This document shows positions 27,301 to 36,446 of a stretch of 64,000 bases of DNA, one piece after another (position 1 is the first letter of the stretch; each line of letters opens with the position of its first letter). Made by a program: the position numbers and the translations under genes. Below the pieces are notes generated by a model. It did no database searches, had not been told where the DNA came from, and worked only from the letters and a program-made list of their open reading frames with translations. The stretch is from an uncultured Candidatus Saccharibacteria bacterium (GTDB lineage: Bacteria; Patescibacteriota; WWE3; 2-01-FULL-39-13): NCBI GenBank assembly GCA_964370865.1, contig CAYJKF010000001.1:111766-175765 (forward strand), read 5' to 3'.

Positions 27301-27858
27301 ATGCCAGTACTAGAATTCGTCGGAATTGCTCGAGCAGGAAAAACTACGGTAGCGAAACTTTTAGAAAAAGACATCCTCAGTTTACGATATTATCCCGAAC
27401 GACATGATTTAATCCCAAAAGAATATTTAGAAGATAACTTTAAACAAAGTTATTGGTATGCGCAGTACTGCATAGAAAAACTAAATGAAGCGAAGAAACA
27501 AAAAGGCATACATATATTTGAACGTGGGGTAGTTGATAGATTAGTAATTGCTCGAACCTATAAAAAAATTGGCGTACTTACAGACACACAATATGAGGAT
27601 ATGGAAAAGTTACTTAAACCTCATCTCCAATATGTAGATAAAGTTTTTATATTTTTAATTCCAGTACAAGAATCGGTTATACGTGCTGAGAAAATGGGAA
27701 AAGATGTTAAGAAGGCCGTTCCTTATATGGATAACTTATTCGCGGAGTATGAAAACATTAATAAATGGTTTTCTAACTGTTTGTATTTATCTAGGAATTC
27801 AACTCCAGAACGATTGGAATCAATTATCCAAGGTGAAATAAAATTTTTAGGATTCTAA
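27301..27858 (+). CDS. P-loop deoxynucleoside/thymidylate kinase-like protein
   Basis: 'EFVGIARAGKTT' P-loop and 'IFERGVVD' motif. Confidence 0.7.
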   Translation: MPVLEFVGIARAGKTTVAKLLEKDILSLRYYPERHDLIPKEYLEDNFKQSYWYAQYCIEKLNEAKKQKGIHIFERGVVDRLVIARTYKKIGVLTDTQYEDMEKLLKPHLQYVDKVFIFLIPVQESVIRAEKMGKDVKKAVPYMDNLFAEYENINKWFSNCLYLSRNSTPERLESIIQGEIKFLGF

Positions 27859-27884
27859 AGCGGTTCCTTTCCAGTTAAACCGCT
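27859..27884. terminator. Hairpin between convergent genes
   Basis: AGCGGTT-N12-AACCGCT with a short T-run on the minus strand. Confidence 0.5.
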
Positions 27885-27887
27885 CCC

Positions 27888-28211
27888 TTAGTCTTGGATA
27901 TTAAATCCCTTTATAACAATTGTTGAGCTACTAAGATCCCAACCAACCAGACCAACTCCAAACCTTTTATATAATTCATCCTTAAACTTTTCTGTAAAGT
28001 CTTTGATGAAAGCCTCTTTATTATCGTAACCATCTTCGACATATTTATAAGTGAATCCAATTCCATTTTGGTCTTTACTACATTTTCTAACGTAAAGATT
28101 TATGAACTTATCATCACTTGCCCACTCATTTGCCAACTCTACTAATTGATTTTCATCTATGGAATCAGAAAATTTCCACAACCCTGTTGCGTAATTTGAA
28201 TATTTAACCAT
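27888..28211 (-). CDS. Hypothetical 107-aa protein
   Basis: Strong SD (AGGAGG); no recognisable family. Confidence 0.75.
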   Translation of the reverse strand: MVKYSNYATGLWKFSDSIDENQLVELANEWASDDKFINLYVRKCSKDQNGIGFTYKYVEDGYDNKEAFIKDFTEKFKDELYKRFGVGLVGWDLSSSTIVIKGFNIQD

Positions 28212-28220
28212 TTAAAATCA

Positions 28221-28366
28221 CCTCCTAAAAACAAAAAATCCGCTAACATAGGTTCCGCGGATTCATAAAATAAATATTAAGTTGCCTGGTAGCTCAACCT
28301 ACCCGGAACGGAAAAGAAAGGAAAGGAACCTGAATGCATAATAGCAAACTATAGGACTCTTTTCAA
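28221..28366 (-). promoter_or_regulatory. Sigma70 promoter plus ~120-nt attenuator-like leader with intrinsic terminator
   Basis: TTGAAA-17 bp-TATTAT with TG extension (28366-28338); terminator AATCCGC/GCGGATT followed by a T-rich run directly before the SD. Confidence 0.7.
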
Positions 28367-28436
28367 GAGCGGAATCGTGAAATCAATTATAAAACAAGTC
28401 CCCAATAGACCGCTCAAATACGCTATAATTACACCG

Positions 28437-29177
28437 ATGGAAATTAGAATCAACAAATACTTAGCTACGGCTGGAGTTGGAGCTAGACGAAAAGTCGAAA
28501 GAATGCTCTGGGACGGCGAAATAGAGGTCAATGGTGTCAAAGCAGTTCCTGGACAACTAATCGATGACAACGATGTGGTTACTAGGAATGGCGAAAGAAT
28601 CGTCAGAACAAATAAACTCATATATATAGCTTTAAATAAGCCTGTTGGAGTAGTTTCCACCACAAGCGATGAAAAAGGCAGGCCTACAGTTATGGATCTG
28701 ATCCCTTTCAAGGAAAGGCTTTATCCAGTCGGAAGGCTTGATCAAAATAGTACGGGACTTATTCTCCTTACAAATGACGGCGACTTGGCTTTAAGACTTA
28801 CTCATCCAAGATATCACCTACCTAAAACCTACGAGGTGACTACAAAAGAAAACATTTCTGACTATCAATTAAATAGACTTAGAAATGGGGTTTTGGTTTA
28901 TGACCAAAAAACTGACCCAGCCTTTGTAAAACTTAAGGGCCCAAATTCATTTCAAATAATTTTGCACCAAGGTCTAAAAAGGCAAATTAGAGAAATGTGT
29001 AAAAACGTAGGTCTAAACGTAAAATCTTTGCATCGTGTGCAAATCGGTCCTATTACTCTTGGCAGGATAAAGGCAGGAGAATTTAGAGAACTAAGCCCGA
29101 AAGAACTTGAAGTTCTAAGCGAAACAAAAAAGATGGAACCAGTCGACCGAAACCACCAAGAAGAAACTTCGGAATAA
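28437..29177 (+). CDS. rluB: RluB/RsuA-family rRNA pseudouridine synthase
   Basis: S4 'RINKYLA..GVGARR', 'LNKPVG', 'YPVGRLD..STGLILLTNDG'; start set at MEIRINK. Confidence 0.88.
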   Translation: MEIRINKYLATAGVGARRKVERMLWDGEIEVNGVKAVPGQLIDDNDVVTRNGERIVRTNKLIYIALNKPVGVVSTTSDEKGRPTVMDLIPFKERLYPVGRLDQNSTGLILLTNDGDLALRLTHPRYHLPKTYEVTTKENISDYQLNRLRNGVLVYDQKTDPAFVKLKGPNSFQIILHQGLKRQIREMCKNVGLNVKSLHRVQIGPITLGRIKAGEFRELSPKELEVLSETKKMEPVDRNHQEETSE

Positions 29178-29217
29178 AATCTATACCGAGTTTTTCTGCT
29201 AAAATATGCATAGTTTT

Positions 29218-29291
29218 GGCGCGATAGCCAAGTGGTAAGGCAGGAGTCTGCAAAACTCCCACCGCCGGTTCGAGTCCGGCTCGCGCCTCCA
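29218..29291 (+). tRNA. tRNA-Cys (GCA)
   Basis: Anticodon arm GGAGT-CTGCAAA-ACTCC, U73 discriminator, encoded CCA. Confidence 0.95.
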
Positions 29292-29295
29292 AAAA

Positions 29296-30699
29296 CTACA
29301 GATTTTCTAAAATTCCCTTTCTAACACTTAAAAATAGGATAAATAATGTAAAAATAATACCCACAATTCCATAGCCGTACGAAATCCGCATTAATGAAAG
29401 ACTAAAGTACAATCCCAATAGCACCATCGAAACACTTGAGTAAAATAAATTAAATTTTTTGGGGATCTCAAATCTATTAAATAAATAAGAAAATATAAAT
29501 GCGATTACACCAACCATTAAATAATAACTGGCAGGAGCAACCAGTAAATGAGGTTGATCCCATCTCCACAATTTATCAATCAGTGAAAATTTTTGAAAAA
29601 TAACCGCCAATAATATTACGCAATAAGAAACTAACAAAGGAATTGCAATAATGCGTGAAAGAGCCACCAAGAAAACATAACAGGCTAATAAGAAATAAAA
29701 TGGAATATCCAATAAACCAAAAAAAGCATATTCGGAATTGTGGATGTTATTCCCATAAACATACCCAATTTTTCTGTTAATTAGTTCTATAAATAATACT
29801 ATCGCTATCGTAATGAAAAAAGTTCTAATATTAATTCCTACAACAATCGTTAAAAATAAAAAAATAAAAAATATCCCGATAAAGGATAAGCTTGCAATCA
29901 CAGTGTTTTCAGGGCTAAATATCAATTTTATCGACATCAGTAATACCATTAGAATTAAAGCATTATTCTTAATTGCAGTAGTTTTTTTAAGGGTTGCTTT
30001 TGATTTATTAAAACTAAAACTTGTAGTTATTCGATAGCCTAATAGAGCAGCTAATAAATGAATAAGGTATCTGCCTGGTTGGTTAGTTTTTTCATACCGG
30101 TGAGCATCAGAAATAATAGGCGTTCTTAAAATTTTCACGACATCTTTTCCAGCTTGAGAATGAACTTTTCTCGATAAATCGATATCTTCAAAAGTAGTTA
30201 GGTCTTCTGAAAATCCTTTAACAGATTTAAAAACAGATGACTTCACTAGGATAAATCGACCTATGCCAAATCTAAAATATAGATTTACTAGATTGTGCAA
30301 CCAGACGATAAAATTACTAAACCCAATATACTTTTTAAAACTCGTATTCGCACTAATAAATTCATAGTCCTTAGAATAAAATAAGACCTGTTCAAATAAT
30401 TCAGAACTAATTTCACAATCAGAATCCAGAAAACAAATCCATTTAAATTGGGACGACTTCGCCCCGAAATTTCGCAGGACCGATTTGTTACGAGCTTTTT
30501 CGTGAACGACCCTTGCTCCTTTTCTTTTGGCGATAATTGACGTTTTATCTGTTGAACCATTATCTACAACAATAATTTCGTAAACGGTTTTTTTATTCTT
30601 ATATAATTTGTGAATAGAATCGATTGCGACACCAATTCTCTTTTCTTCATTTAATGCAGGTATAACAAAACTAATCTGCGGGGGTTTCATATGCCTCAT
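29296..30699 (-). CDS. GT2 glycosyltransferase fused to a CruF/DUF422-like membrane domain
   Basis: 'SFVIPALNEE', 'VVDNGSTD', 'FLDSD', 'FEDID'; C-terminal TM region with 'IEL...GYVYG', 'LDIP', 'LWRW...AP..YY'. Confidence 0.7.
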   Translation of the reverse strand: MRHMKPPQISFVIPALNEEKRIGVAIDSIHKLYKNKKTVYEIIVVDNGSTDKTSIIAKRKGARVVHEKARNKSVLRNFGAKSSQFKWICFLDSDCEISSELFEQVLFYSKDYEFISANTSFKKYIGFSNFIVWLHNLVNLYFRFGIGRFILVKSSVFKSVKGFSEDLTTFEDIDLSRKVHSQAGKDVVKILRTPIISDAHRYEKTNQPGRYLIHLLAALLGYRITTSFSFNKSKATLKKTTAIKNNALILMVLLMSIKLIFSPENTVIASLSFIGIFFIFLFLTIVVGINIRTFFITIAIVLFIELINRKIGYVYGNNIHNSEYAFFGLLDIPFYFLLACYVFLVALSRIIAIPLLVSYCVILLAVIFQKFSLIDKLWRWDQPHLLVAPASYYLMVGVIAFIFSYLFNRFEIPKKFNLFYSSVSMVLLGLYFSLSLMRISYGYGIVGIIFTLFILFLSVRKGILENL

Positions 30700-30760
30700 C
30701 TTAGTCGAAAATGATTATCACGACAATCTTTTTGAGTGATAGAAAACCGTGTGAAACCGC

Positions 30761-30810
30761 CTGTCACTCTACCTCTGAAGTTGACAGCCTAAGTTGCCTT
30801 CTGTTATATT
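30761..30810 (+). promoter_or_regulatory. groES promoter with overlapping CIRCE-like inverted repeat
   Basis: TTGACA (30781) and TG-T-TATATT (30805); imperfect repeat CTGTCACTC-N9-AGTTGACAG with 9-9-9 geometry. Confidence 0.5.
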
Positions 30811-30817
30811 TTTCTGT

Positions 30818-31111
30818 ATGAAAATAAAACCACTATCCGATAAAGTCGTCGTTAAGTTATTAGAAGCTAAAGAAATGACTTCTGGCGGAATCTATTTACC
30901 AGAGACTGGGCAAGAAGAATCACACGTCGCAGAAGTTATGGCCGTTGGAGATGGCAGGGTAATTGATAACGGAACTCTTGTAAAACCTGGCGTACAAGCT
31001 GGTCAAAAAGTAGTAATAAGAGGAAAATGGGCAGGCGATAACGTAACCGTTGATGGAGTTGAATATAAAGTAGTCGGCGAAAACGACGTACTAGCAATTT
31101 TAGAGGATTAA
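30818..31111 (+). CDS. groES: Co-chaperonin GroES
   Basis: 'IKPLSDKVVV', 'TSGGIYLP', 'VMAVGDG', 'ENDVLAIL'. Confidence 0.97.
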   Translation: MKIKPLSDKVVVKLLEAKEMTSGGIYLPETGQEESHVAEVMAVGDGRVIDNGTLVKPGVQAGQKVVIRGKWAGDNVTVDGVEYKVVGENDVLAILED

Positions 31112-31129
31112 TTAATTATAAAAAAATAC

Positions 31130-32755
31130 ATGTCAAAACAAATTTTATACAACCAAGAGGCAAGAAATAAATTAAAGAATGGCGTTGATGCTGTTGCAAA
31201 TGCAGTTGGCGCAACAATGGGACCACTCGGTAGAAATGTCGGAATCCAAAGTAAATGGGGTTCACCAAACATTACACATGACGGAGTTACCGTTGCAAAA
31301 GAAATTGAATTAAAAGATCCGTTTGAAAATATGGGAGCAAAATTAGTGCTTCAAGCAGCAACAAAAACAAATGATGTTGCTGGAGATGGAACAACTACGG
31401 CGACCGTGCTTGCTCAAGCCCTTGTCGAAGAAGGTTTAAAAAATGTAGCTGCCGGCGCGAACCCAATGTTTATAAGAAGAGGTTTAGAAAAAGCAGCAAA
31501 AAGTTTAATCGAAGAAATAAGAGCTATGGCAACTCCCATTAATGGAAAAGATGATCAAACTCAAGTTGCAACTAACTCTGCACAAGATGAACAAATCGGA
31601 GGAATTATTGCCGAGGCAATGTCAAAAGTTGGCGCTGACGGAGTAATCACTGTAGAAGAAGGAAAAAGTTTAGAGATGGAATTAAAAGTTAAAGATGGAT
31701 TAAATTTTGATAATGGATATCTCTCCCCTTACTTTGTAACTGATCCAGATAAGATGATGGCAGAAATTGAAGATGCCAGAATTTTAATCACGGATAAGAA
31801 AATTAGTAACATTCAAGATTTGGTTCCAATGCTAGAAGGTTTAGTCAAAATAACAAACAATTTAGTTATTGTCGCTGATGATGTTGAGGGACAAGCCCTT
31901 GCAACTCTTGTTGTTAACAAAATGAGGGGCACTTTGAAAGTATTAGCTGTAAAGGCTCCAGGATTTGGTGACAGAAGAAAGGCCATGTTAGAAGATATTG
32001 CAGTAGTTACAGGTGGTACTGTTATTAGTGATGATTTAGGACGTAAGTTAGATTCCGTAACCACAGAGGACCTTGGTCAAGCAGATAAAGTAATCTCCTC
32101 AAAAGAAGACACAACGATAGTTGGTGGAAAAGGAGACAAACAAGCTATCGATGCAAGAGTTGCAACAATTAGAAATGAGATGGATAAATCCACGAGTGAT
32201 TATGATAGGGAGAAATTACAAGAGAGGCTCGCTAAATTAATTGGTGGCGTTGCAATTATAAGCGTTGGAGCCGCTACCGAATCGGAAATGAAAGAGAAAA
32301 AATATAGAGTTGAAGATGCAGTAAATGCAACCCAAGCTGCAGTCGCTGAAGGAATTGTCCCTGGCGGTGGAGTTGCCTTATTAAAAGCCCGCAAACGATT
32401 GGATAATATATCCTTAGAGGGTGACGAGAAAATTGGCGCAACCATTCTATACAATGCTCTGGAAAAACCATTTAGAAAAATTGTAACCAATGCAGGTTTA
32501 GAACCAGGAATGTATATAAAAGAAATTGAAGAGAATTTAGACAAAAGCATTGGTCTTAATGTTTTAACCGGCAAACTGGAGGATATGATAAAAGCTGGAG
32601 TAATCGATCCAGCAAGAGTTACCAGAAGTGCGATCGAGAACGCAGTCAGTGTAACAATAAGTGTTATAACGACAGATGCGTTAATCGCCGATGAACCAGA
32701 AATAGAAAAAGAACATGACCACTCCGCACATGGCGGAATGGATGGCATGATGTAA
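31130..32755 (+). CDS. groEL: Chaperonin GroEL
   Basis: 'AGDGTTTAT', '[10 protein letters not shown]', GGM tail. Confidence 0.99.
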   Translation: MSKQILYNQEARNKLKNGVDAVANAVGATMGPLGRNVGIQSKWGSPNITHDGVTVAKEIELKDPFENMGAKLVLQAATKTNDVAGDGTTTATVLAQALVEEGLKNVAAGANPMFIRRGLEKAAKSLIEEIRAMATPINGKDDQTQVATNSAQDEQIGGIIAEAMSKVGADGVITVEEGKSLEMELKVKDGLNFDNGYLSPYFVTDPDKMMAEIEDARILITDKKISNIQDLVPMLEGLVKITNNLVIVADDVEGQALATLVVNKMRGTLKVLAVKAPGFGDRRKAMLEDIAVVTGGTVISDDLGRKLDSVTTEDLGQADKVISSKEDTTIVGGKGDKQAIDARVATIRNEMDKSTSDYDREKLQERLAKLIGGVAIISVGAATESEMKEKKYRVEDAVNATQAAVAEGIVPGGGVALLKARKRLDNISLEGDEKIGATILYNALEKPFRKIVTNAGLEPGMYIKEIEENLDKSIGLNVLTGKLEDMIKAGVIDPARVTRSAIENAVSVTISVITTDALIADEPEIEKEHDHSAHGGMDGMM

Positions 32756-32774
32756 ACGCTAGAAAAGATATAAA

Positions 32775-32797
32775 TGAGGGCGCCTTCGGCGCCCTCA
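32775..32797 (+). terminator. GC-rich hairpin after groEL (no U-tract)
   Basis: TGAGGGCGCC-TTC-GGCGCCCTCA. Confidence 0.65.
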
Positions 32798-32829
32798 AAT
32801 TCTCCCCTCTATGTTAAACTTTAGGTATT

Positions 32830-34074
32830 ATGGAGAATCCTGCCAATGAGCAATTAAACACCCAAGAAGTCAACAATTCAGAATTCGCACAGAAAGAGCC
32901 ACTTGTTTATAAAAAAACTATAAAAAAATATGCAATGATCGCGGTGAGTGGCTTATTAGGACTGGCCATAATAATTACTGCTGTCGTTATCTATATGCGT
33001 TTTATGGATAGATTTAATGTGACGGAACCAACTCCACCGGTGACACCAACACCAACTCCTGAAATACCAAAAGCAGCATCGCCATTAATCGCCTATATTA
33101 AAAATGATAAATCAATTTGGATTGTAAACACTGATGGAACTGATAAAAAAGTATTGCTCGAACTGCCTGGATCATCGGATCAGTTCTTCTCGGATCTGAC
33201 TTGGAAAAGCAAAGGGTTTCTATCTTATTCACTCTGTGACACAAATCCAAATTGTACTGTGGAGACTTATAATTTAGAGACAAAGTCTTCTGTAACAGAA
33301 ATTAATAATTCAGAAGAAGGATTTGTGGAGTCATTAACTTGGGCACCTGAAAATAAATTCATCGGGTATTTTCAATACAAAGACCAAGGATCTCAGAACC
33401 AAACGGTGGAACTAAGACTTAAGACTGGAACAACCAATACTGTTTTATCAACACATAAAACAGAAATAAAAGATATCGAACAAGTCTCAAAAGTAACTTT
33501 CTCAGAAGACGAGGATCATATAGCCTTTGGTTTTGTAGAATTAGTTGCTTCAACAAGAGGCCGGACTATTACATATACAGCAAAACCTAAAATCTTAGTA
33601 TATAGAGTAAGCGGAGTATTGTTGGATACAATCAGCGATGCCAAAGACCCGATGTTCATAGACGAAAAAACCATCGCATATCAAAAGGGAGCACAGCTCA
33701 TACATAGGGAAATTGGGACATTATCAGAAACAGCTATTACTCCAATAACAGGATTCAACTTAGATGTTTCTCCTGACAAAAGTAAGTATGCATATTGGAG
33801 CCCTACAGGTGGATTCTCAGATGCTTTATTAATTATTTTTGATGGAAACCTAAACCTTCAAAGGAATATATTAAGAGGCGTCCTATTTCCACAGTGGATA
33901 AGCAACTCTACCGTTGTTGGGATAAAAGCTGATAACTGTTTAGGTTCAAAATGTGAATTATTCGATTATCAAACCATTAGTTTAGCTACCGTTAACATCG
34001 AAACAAAACAAGCAAATCCAATTGATCAAGGTCGCACTATTAAAGATGTTGAAGTAAATTACTATGCCAATTAA
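32830..34074 (+). CDS. Membrane-anchored TolB-like beta-propeller protein
   Basis: TM, PT-rich linker, repeats 'IWIVNTDG', 'LTWAPEN', 'VSPDKSKYAY'; overlaps the PrgI start. Confidence 0.65.
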   Translation: MENPANEQLNTQEVNNSEFAQKEPLVYKKTIKKYAMIAVSGLLGLAIIITAVVIYMRFMDRFNVTEPTPPVTPTPTPEIPKAASPLIAYIKNDKSIWIVNTDGTDKKVLLELPGSSDQFFSDLTWKSKGFLSYSLCDTNPNCTVETYNLETKSSVTEINNSEEGFVESLTWAPENKFIGYFQYKDQGSQNQTVELRLKTGTTNTVLSTHKTEIKDIEQVSKVTFSEDEDHIAFGFVELVASTRGRTITYTAKPKILVYRVSGVLLDTISDAKDPMFIDEKTIAYQKGAQLIHREIGTLSETAITPITGFNLDVSPDKSKYAYWSPTGGFSDALLIIFDGNLNLQRNILRGVLFPQWISNSTVVGIKADNCLGSKCELFDYQTISLATVNIETKQANPIDQGRTIKDVEVNYYAN

Positions 34075-35746
34075 AGAAGAATCACTAGAGGCCAATGCAG
34101 GTCAAAAACACCCAGTCCCACAGAACGTCATGGATGTTGAGTTTAAAGTTGTAGGAGATTTAACATTAAGGCAAGTCATGTATATTGCATTTGGGGGAGT
34201 TACAGCATACTTTTTATATAAAACAGGTTTACCAAATTTCTGGAAATATATACTAATGGGAATAAGTTTGATTACCGGAACGACAGTTGCTTTTGTTCCA
34301 ATTCAGGAACGCGGGCTTGATAAATGGTTAGTTATATTTATTAATTCAATCGTGAATCCGACCCAAATGATATGGAGAAAGTCTGTTAATTATGCCTCTG
34401 TATCCTTTTTATCAAACTACGACCAACTTCAAATAATAAAAAACGAAATGGTCTCACTTACACCTATTAAGAATCGTAACCGACTAGAAGAATATTTGGG
34501 TATGATTGAAAACACTCAAGATTCTAATTATGACCAATTCGAGATAACCCGAATGGGAGAAATCCAAAATAACCTAAGCGCTAAATCAAACGTTAGTGTC
34601 ACAACTCGCTTTGAAGAAACTCCAACTCTAGAACCTGTAATTCCGACTATTGATAAAGCCAGAATTCCAGAGAGAACACATGAAATAATTGACGTAGAAA
34701 AGAATCCAAAAATAGCTTCTCTTCCACACCAAAATACCATTGCTGAAGACGAGCTGGAGAGTAAGAAGGAGTTATTAAATGCCCTAGCAAACATCGAGGG
34801 AGGGTATAATAAAGATGGGCCAATCGAAATCTTTACTGAACAAAAGGTTAACAGACCTATTCTAAATCTACCTGAGCTTGGATCCAATAACTTCTCCTTG
34901 AAGGGTGAAATTAAATTAAAGAATATACGTAAATTCCCAACGGTAATCGTTGCCGAAGATATAAAAGGCATAAAAGAGCACGAAGAATCTCTAGAAAAAA
35001 AAGTATCAGAATTATTAATACTCGCAAAAAAAGCTAGAGCACAGTATCAAATTAAAAGTGGAAAAGAACCTAGTTTTAATACACCTATTGTTGAGGACGT
35101 TAAAGGCAGGGTTACGCAGTTAAGAGAGGAAAAGAAAAAACTTAAATTGGAAATTGATAAAAGCACAGAACAAGTAAATCTTATAGATAATACAAACAAA
35201 AACAGAGAAACACTTCAAAACCAAATTCAGATGTTAACACATAAAAATGAGGAACTTGAAACCATACTAAAGAAAATTAACTTAGAACTTGATGAACTGA
35301 AAGGAACACCAGAATACAAGGCTTCCAAGCAAAAAGAACCTGTAGAAAAGGTTGAAACTGAAGAAACTAAAACTGAAGAAGTGTTTACACCTGAAAAACC
35401 AATTACCCCAAAACCAATCGACAACCAGGTCGATGAGTTTAAATTCAAAGCAAGGCCATCCGTCAATAGTTCGTATCAAAACACTAATATTATCGAAGGA
35501 CTTGTAAAAGACATCTCTGGTAAACTAGTAGAAGGAGCAGCGGTTATTATTAAAGACTCACAGGGAAATGTTATTAGAGCCCTAAAAACTAACCAAGTCG
35601 GACAGTTCAGAACGCAGACTTCTGTACCAAATGGCAAATATACAATTGAAGTACTAAAAGGTGGCATGAGTTTTGATATTATAATAGTTGAAGCCGTTGG
35701 AAGGCATCTGAATCCAATTTACTTAGTAGCCAAGGAGTTAAATTAA
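34064..35746 (+). CDS. PrgI-family (VirB3-like) protein with coiled coil and C-terminal carboxypeptidase-regulatory-like domain
   Basis: 'QKHPVPQNV..VEFKVVGDLTLRQ', two TMs, 'QERGLDKW'; C-terminal 'GLVKD..GKLVEGA...RALKTNQVGQF'. Confidence 0.85.
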   Translation: MPIKEESLEANAGQKHPVPQNVMDVEFKVVGDLTLRQVMYIAFGGVTAYFLYKTGLPNFWKYILMGISLITGTTVAFVPIQERGLDKWLVIFINSIVNPTQMIWRKSVNYASVSFLSNYDQLQIIKNEMVSLTPIKNRNRLEEYLGMIENTQDSNYDQFEITRMGEIQNNLSAKSNVSVTTRFEETPTLEPVIPTIDKARIPERTHEIIDVEKNPKIASLPHQNTIAEDELESKKELLNALANIEGGYNKDGPIEIFTEQKVNRPILNLPELGSNNFSLKGEIKLKNIRKFPTVIVAEDIKGIKEHEESLEKKVSELLILAKKARAQYQIKSGKEPSFNTPIVEDVKGRVTQLREEKKKLKLEIDKSTEQVNLIDNTNKNRETLQNQIQMLTHKNEELETILKKINLELDELKGTPEYKASKQKEPVEKVETEETKTEEVFTPEKPITPKPIDNQVDEFKFKARPSVNSSYQNTNIIEGLVKDISGKLVEGAAVIIKDSQGNVIRALKTNQVGQFRTQTSVPNGKYTIEVLKGGMSFDIIIVEAVGRHLNPIYLVAKELN

Positions 35747-36442
35747 ATGAATAACAATATCAAAACTACGACACAAGGTCACCTTGACATAGCAGATATA
35801 AAAAATAATATTGTAATCTTAACAAACGGAGGAGCCTGCGCAATTATAGAAACCAATGCAATTAATTTTGATTTATTATCCCTACCCGAACAAGATGCAG
35901 CGATTTCATCCTTTAGTGCGTTGCTCAATTCCCTAACTTTTCCAATGCAGATTACAATTAGATCAAAAAAAATGGACATAAGCGAGTATTTAGAAAGGAT
36001 TAAAGAAGTTGAAGATAAACAAACAAACCCCAAGATCAGAGGACAAATAATGGCATACAGAACGTTCATCAAAGACGAACTTGTTACAAAAGAGGAAGTT
36101 TTAGATAAAAATTTTTACGTCACTATTCCATACAAAACAGTTTCTCTTGGTTCAATTTCACCTATGACTTGGATAAATGACTTAATGAATTTAGATACAA
36201 AAAACAAAAGTAAAATAAATGTCGAATCCATATTACAAGAAGCTACTCCAGATCTAGCCCCGAAAATTTCGTTTATACTTAAAGAATTCTCGAGGATGGG
36301 AATAAAAGCAAGACAATTAGGAACTGGCGAATTGATTAAACTTTTCTATGATTTATATAATAGTGAGAGTGCTCAGAGCCAGAAAATGAGGACCAATATG
36401 GCAGACTTCTCGTCTGTATTAGTTGAGCCAAAATTAGGATAA
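35747..36442 (+). CDS. T4SS-associated protein (VirB4/TraC N-terminal-like)
   Basis: 'TQGHLDIADIK', 'INFDLLS..EQDA', 'LNSLTFPMQI'; lies between PrgI and VirB4. Confidence 0.75.
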   Translation: MNNNIKTTTQGHLDIADIKNNIVILTNGGACAIIETNAINFDLLSLPEQDAAISSFSALLNSLTFPMQITIRSKKMDISEYLERIKEVEDKQTNPKIRGQIMAYRTFIKDELVTKEEVLDKNFYVTIPYKTVSLGSISPMTWINDLMNLDTKNKSKINVESILQEATPDLAPKISFILKEFSRMGIKARQLGTGELIKLFYDLYNSESAQSQKMRTNMADFSSVLVEPKLG

Positions 36443-36446
36443 AAAT

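Noticed and set aside
29083-29292. 69-aa ORF MEARAGLEPAVGVLQT...
   Set aside because: Antisense translation of tRNA-Cys
32200-32748. 182-aa ORF antisense to groEL, and similar antisense ORFs inside infB, nusA, valS, PrgI and the VirB6-like gene
   Set aside because: Shadow frames of well-supported genes with no independent motifs
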